Sequence record: PP069513
Direction: 5' to 3' (one strand)
Source: Escherichia phage BUCT-XGG-1
DNA length: 49,653 nt
The notes below the pieces were generated by a model. The model saw nothing but the letters and a program-made list of their open reading frames with translations, was not told where the DNA came from and made no database searches. Positions 46,315 to 49,653 of this stretch are shown here, in pieces. Both the position numbers and the translations under genes were made by a program. The stretch's first letter is position 1; each line of letters begins with the position of its first letter.

Positions 46315-46492
46315 GATTATTGCTCCTTCAACTTTTGGTAGATGCCCTTAACCACTCCGAGCGAAATGGCCAGGGGCCAGATAGCGGCAACGATTACCAT
46401 GTCGTACCACTTGTTGTCACTATTGCTAACATCTTTTGCAATTGCATAAACCGGAAGTGCGCCAAGAGCGTAAAGCAGAATGCATAAAGTAA

Positions 46493-46723
46493 TCATAAAT
46501 ACCCCTTCTCAGCGCGGTGGGCCGCTTCCATCAGATACACTGCCAACTGGCGCGCCTGGTCTGGCGTGTACACCATGTAACTTGATGCGTCAACATACTC
46601 TTCAGGATTGAAGTCAACGCACACCTTGAATGCAAAGCCCTGGGTGCTGCTATGCAGTTTCTTTACCATTACCTCGGCCTGTTCGCCTGAGTCGTCAGCG
46701 ATGCGTACGGCGGTTGTGCTCAT
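46493..46723 (-). CDS. hypothetical protein (76 aa)
   Basis: ORF after box promoter; RBS AAGGGG. Confidence 0.4.
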   Translation of the reverse strand: MSTTAVRIADDSGEQAEVMVKKLHSSTQGFAFKVCVDFNPEEYVDASSYMVYTPDQARQLAVYLMEAAHRAEKGYL

Positions 46724-46762
46724 AAATTACCCCTTAGTTTATTGTTTCACTTCAATGAGTGC

Positions 46763-46806
46763 ACTATAGCAAATGCACTCACGGCAGTTTTAACAAAAAG
46801 TGCTAT
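46763..46806 (-). promoter_or_regulatory. box promoter candidate
   Basis: Box 46788-46806 containing TAG stop; hairpin GAGTGCA..TGCACTC with TGCTATAGT (22-bp gap). Confidence 0.5.
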
Positions 46807-47093
46807 CGTTCATCTTCTCTGGAGCATCCCTTGCCGCAACCATGGCGACCAACTCCCACGATCCCGGCGCCGCTTAAGCTGATGTATTCCTGACCAGTGT
46901 CCTTATCGGTGATGACGTATATCGCTCTGACGTTCTCATATGCCAGTTCATCCCTGAACTCCTGAATCTTCACAACCTGGACGCGATCGTTGACATTCAC
47001 TGGCATCTTCTGCCGAGCCTCTGAATCTACACAGGTGCTTCCGAAATCACATCCAGCCAGAGCTAGTGCTGCTAATAAAATTAGTTTCTTCAT
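46803..47093 (-). CDS. lipoprotein
   Basis: MKKLILLAALALAGC signal peptide with lipobox. Confidence 0.5.
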   Translation of the reverse strand: MKKLILLAALALAGCDFGSTCVDSEARQKMPVNVNDRVQVVKIQEFRDELAYENVRAIYVITDKDTGQEYISLSGAGIVGVGRHGCGKGCSREDER

Positions 47094-47290
47094 TCGATAA
47101 TCCTCACTACTTTCTCTTTGCGATGCGGTGCGCCGGACTTATGCAGCCAGTAGCGAGCCTGGTAAAGCTGGCTTGCATGGGCCACTGTAACCCACCAGAA
47201 CAAAGCCACCCGTTTTTGGACGGAATACCACTTGACCGGATGACCGAAGGTGGTAGTCGTGTCAACCAATGCGATCCTGAATTTACTCAT
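47090..47290 (-). CDS. hypothetical protein (66 aa)
   Basis: ORF with 4-nt overlap to downstream gene. Confidence 0.35.
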   Translation of the reverse strand: MSKFRIALVDTTTTFGHPVKWYSVQKRVALFWWVTVAHASQLYQARYWLHKSGAPHRKEKVVRIIE

Positions 47291-47348
47291 CGGCTTCTGC
47301 CTCCACTTCCTCAGCCGCCCTGATGAGTGCCGCCGCCAGTTTGCGGGC

Positions 47349-47501
47349 TTACTTAGGACTGTATTGCATCAGTGTCTGGCCGCCCCTGTAGTAATCCGGA
47401 TCGAAGTCAATGGACACAACGGTATCCCAATCTCTTTTTGTGATGGCTACTTCAGCCTGGTCAAAGTAAACATCTTCAATACGAACATTTTTCATCTTCA
47501 T
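47349..47501 (-). CDS. hypothetical protein (~50 aa)
   Basis: Start taken at MKMKNV after AAAGAGGAAA RBS. Confidence 0.35.
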   Translation of the reverse strand: MKMKNVRIEDVYFDQAEVAITKRDWDTVVSIDFDPDYYRGGQTLMQYSPK

Positions 47502-47525
47502 TTCCTCTTTGTTGTCTATGGGGTA

Positions 47526-47571
47526 ATCATAGCTGACTACCCGATCCATTGTTTAGCAATTCGTGCTATTC
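47526..47571 (-). promoter_or_regulatory. box promoter candidate
   Basis: Box 47552-47571 containing TAG stop of 47566..48123; hairpin GGGTA..TACCC with GCTATGAT (22-bp gap). Confidence 0.5.
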
Positions 47572-48123
47572 ACCATTCAGGAGTGATTTAGCTTTCCGAT
47601 AAAACTCGACAGCCTTTCTGACCTCATCTGCATCATAGCCATGAATCATGTCTGAGCTTGCCTGCAATTTGCTATGAGATTTGCGCTCAACCGATCTCCA
47701 TGAGTCGCACCACTTGTGAATGTCTCTCCCATACATGCCCACCAGGTATGGGTGTGCATATATCTTGTCACCAATAAGGCAAATGATTCCCGAGTCCTGT
47801 AGTGATGGTAGGATGTTGTCAATCAGGTTATTCATTACTCCATTACGCTCGACGAACGGCTGGACCTTTCTGATCGCCTCATATGTTGAGCGAACTCCCA
47901 CAACGCCTTTTCCATTTATCGCTTGCTTCCAGATCTTTTCAACCACGACGCATTGTTCACGATTTAGGTTTGCGCGACGCATAACTTCTAATTCGCACCA
48001 GTACTTTTGTGACTGTCGGTATCCGTTAGCATTGATTGCAACTCGTAGTGGTGGAAGCCCATCTTCCGTAGCAATCTTCACAATCTGCTCATCTGTCAGC
48101 TTCTCTTCGTTAAAATCAAACAT
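47566..48123 (-). CDS. mini-paralog of the 527-aa early protein
   Basis: N-terminus MFDFNEEKL..LPPLRVAINANGYRQSQ and segment NGKGVVGVRS..CLIGDKIY match the two ends of 2247..3830. Confidence 0.55.
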   Translation of the reverse strand: MFDFNEEKLTDEQIVKIATEDGLPPLRVAINANGYRQSQKYWCELEVMRRANLNREQCVVVEKIWKQAINGKGVVGVRSTYEAIRKVQPFVERNGVMNNLIDNILPSLQDSGIICLIGDKIYAHPYLVGMYGRDIHKWCDSWRSVERKSHSKLQASSDMIHGYDADEVRKAVEFYRKAKSLLNGE

Positions 48124-48128
48124 CCCCG

Positions 48129-48656
48129 TTATTTCGTCTCCCTAATCATTTCCTGGTACATTTTGATTGCCTTGATGGCTCCTGTAATCTCATCGCCCTC
48201 AAAGTTAGTCACGGATGGCATCAGCTTGAGTATTTTGACCTTAAAGTCGCTCACGGCCTTCTCTGCAATCTGGCCGTTTGCCTTCACTCGCTTTCCTGTC
48301 TGGATTGCGCCATCAACCAAAGACAGATAAGCACACCGAACCTCGACGTCATCACCGAAATCACCATCCTTAATTGAAAGTTTTGCACGAACGTTTGCCT
48401 CCTGTATCTCTGGCATCCTGGCTACCGTATTGGCGACATATGACGCCTTCAGCTTTGACATGCTGTACTTGCCACCTACATCCAGATCCTCACGACTTAT
48501 GCCTCCTATATCACTAGATGTGAGGCCGTAAACCTGGCGAGCTATTAGATGGATTGGAACGTGGTAGCTGCGGTTCTCGGACTTGAGCGCTTGCTCAGCC
48601 ATGTAGCGGATAACGTCACCGAGGCTTACTGCTTCTTTGTGCTCTGACATACTCAT
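48129..48656 (-). CDS. hypothetical protein (175 aa)
   Basis: First gene of leftward early operon. Confidence 0.5.
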   Translation of the reverse strand: MSMSEHKEAVSLGDVIRYMAEQALKSENRSYHVPIHLIARQVYGLTSSDIGGISREDLDVGGKYSMSKLKASYVANTVARMPEIQEANVRAKLSIKDGDFGDDVEVRCAYLSLVDGAIQTGKRVKANGQIAEKAVSDFKVKILKLMPSVTNFEGDEITGAIKAIKMYQEMIRETK

Positions 48657-48692
48657 TACTCCTGATTGGTTTGTCTTCGTTAAGATGAATAC

Positions 48693-48720
48693 ATAGTATC
48701 ACACATCTACGCGTTATCAA
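48693..48720 (-). promoter_or_regulatory. candidate sigma70 promoter (TTGATA-N16-TACTAT)
   Basis: Minus strand TTGATA at 48715-48720, 16-bp spacer, TACTAT at 48693-48698, ~35 nt upstream of first leftward gene. Confidence 0.4.
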
Positions 48721-48940
48721 GCGTTATCCGTGCAAATTATCTGACTAGTTACAGATTTCTGCCAATTTCGCCATATATAGCTCAATGTAAAGTCTGCGTA
48801 CAGTTTGTAGATAAAGATTTTTAGCAAATTGGCCCCTATATGCCTTTTTATTCCTACAATGTCGTCATATTCCTACAAGTGTAGGAAAATATCATAGAAA
48901 ACTATCGCAATATCCCATATCCCTTATCTACATTATCTAC

Positions 48941-49016
48941 ATATATATATAATAATAATAATAATATAGATAAAGGGTTGTTATATAAGGATATTTTATT
49001 GTAACCATGGCGTAAT
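48941..49016 (+). repeat. AT-rich element, copy B of a two-copy repeat
   Basis: Homologous to 19267-19345 by eye; flanked by short direct/inverted repeats (TTCCTACAA x2, ATCTACAT x2, GGCGTAA x3). Confidence 0.6.
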
Positions 49017-49283
49017 TCTGCGTGATAAGCGTACACGATTCCTACGGTGGGCTTCTTCATCTACACGGCGTAACTTTTATAACGCGTATGCGCTAGAAAC
49101 GTGTGGTGGGAAAATCCTACCAGGCGATCAGGTGATCAGACTTCACCCCATCATTCCCCCCATCAATGAATCATTGCTCAATTCGCAACAATCGAAAACA
49201 TAATTGCAATAGATGCAATATTGCTATCTGCGCAATAGTGAAGTGAATCATTGCAATAGCTGCAACAATCCATAAATCGAACG

Positions 49284-49328
49284 AATAGCACTTTTTGCTA
49301 AATACATAAATCATCATTCTGGTAATGT
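49284..49328 (+). promoter_or_regulatory. box promoter candidate
   Basis: Box AATAGCACTTTTTGCTAAA (49284-49302); TGgTAATGT at 49320-49328 (22-bp gap). Confidence 0.4.
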
Positions 49329-49528
49329 GTATCTCAAGGAAGCAGTGAAGCGAACGCCAAGTAGCTACTTCCCAGAGGTCGAATCGTCCAGATGAAAAAT
49401 GCTGGCGAGTGTTGAGAAAGGGCACGTTGAGTCACTTCCGAATAGGTAAACTCCCAGACACCTTCTCCGGCAGCAAAGTCTGACCGGGTTCCTCGAAAGA
49501 AGTAAATGAAGTAGAAATAAGGTTAGTA

Positions 49529-49573
49529 AATAGCACGAAATGTTAAAACAGCAATAAAGAAAATAAGTATAGT
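49529..49573 (+). promoter_or_regulatory. box promoter candidate reading across window end
   Basis: Box AATAGCACGAAATGTTAAA (49529-49547), TATAGT at 49568-49573 (22-bp gap); no long ORF before window end. Confidence 0.45.
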
Positions 49574-49653
49574 TAGCACATAGAGAACGGAGTGGGAAGT
49601 AAAGAGCCGAACGGCCTCCTGAAGGAACAGGATAACCACTCAAGCAGCGATGA

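Noticed and set aside
254-49573. The box-plus-hairpin units as simple intrinsic terminators
   Set aside because: Many of the hairpins lack a following U-run and hold the -10 hexamer within the stem-loop at fixed spacing from the box; several clearly are also terminator-like, so a dual role is not excluded.
49171-49643. Two overlapping minus-strand ORFs (84 and 92 aa) at the window end
   Set aside because: They lie antisense to two rightward box promoters and have no RBS; leader or regulatory region more likely.
1-49653. Lysogeny functions or CRISPR array
   Set aside because: No integrase- or CI-like ORF and no regularly spaced direct repeats were seen; the content looks like a virulent phage.

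Overview
The window looks like a near-complete, gene-dense genome of a virulent tailed dsDNA phage of enterobacteria, with siphovirus-type lambda-like tail genes and gene content resembling T1-like phages (family assignment is inference from gene content, not a search). Minus strand 19.8-40.8 kb holds a contiguous late module: small and large terminase, portal, head morphogenesis, HNH insert, scaffold, decoration-like, major capsid, connector/neck, major tail, G/GT chaperone with a -1 slippery site, tape measure, M-L-K-I minor tail proteins, a 1202-aa J-like tip protein and two paralogous distal tail proteins. Elsewhere: a plus-strand early block (0-4.2 kb); a lysis cassette (pinholin, SAR endolysin, u-spanin); Dam methylase, VRR-NUC nuclease, SF2 helicase, primase, a tail fibre with C-terminal intramolecular chaperone, SSB, Erf and exonuclease; a tRNA-Arg(CCU); dNMP-kinase-like and HAD phosphatase genes; and six HNH endonuclease genes, two interrupted by in-frame stops. 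No integrase, repressor, rRNA or CRISPR array was seen. The strongest unexplained signal is a 19-bp quasi-palindromic box (AATAGCAC-N4-TTGyTAAA) present 17 times, in 16 cases 21-23 bp upstream of a -10-like hexamer, confined to the non-structural parts and often containing the stop codon of the upstream gene. Other points: SSB-like C-terminal tips on two unrelated proteins, a mini-paralog of a 527-aa early protein, and two AT-rich non-coding regions sharing a ~75-bp repeat and GCGTAAyT iterons. All coordinates and motif calls were read by eye; no database search or folding was run.
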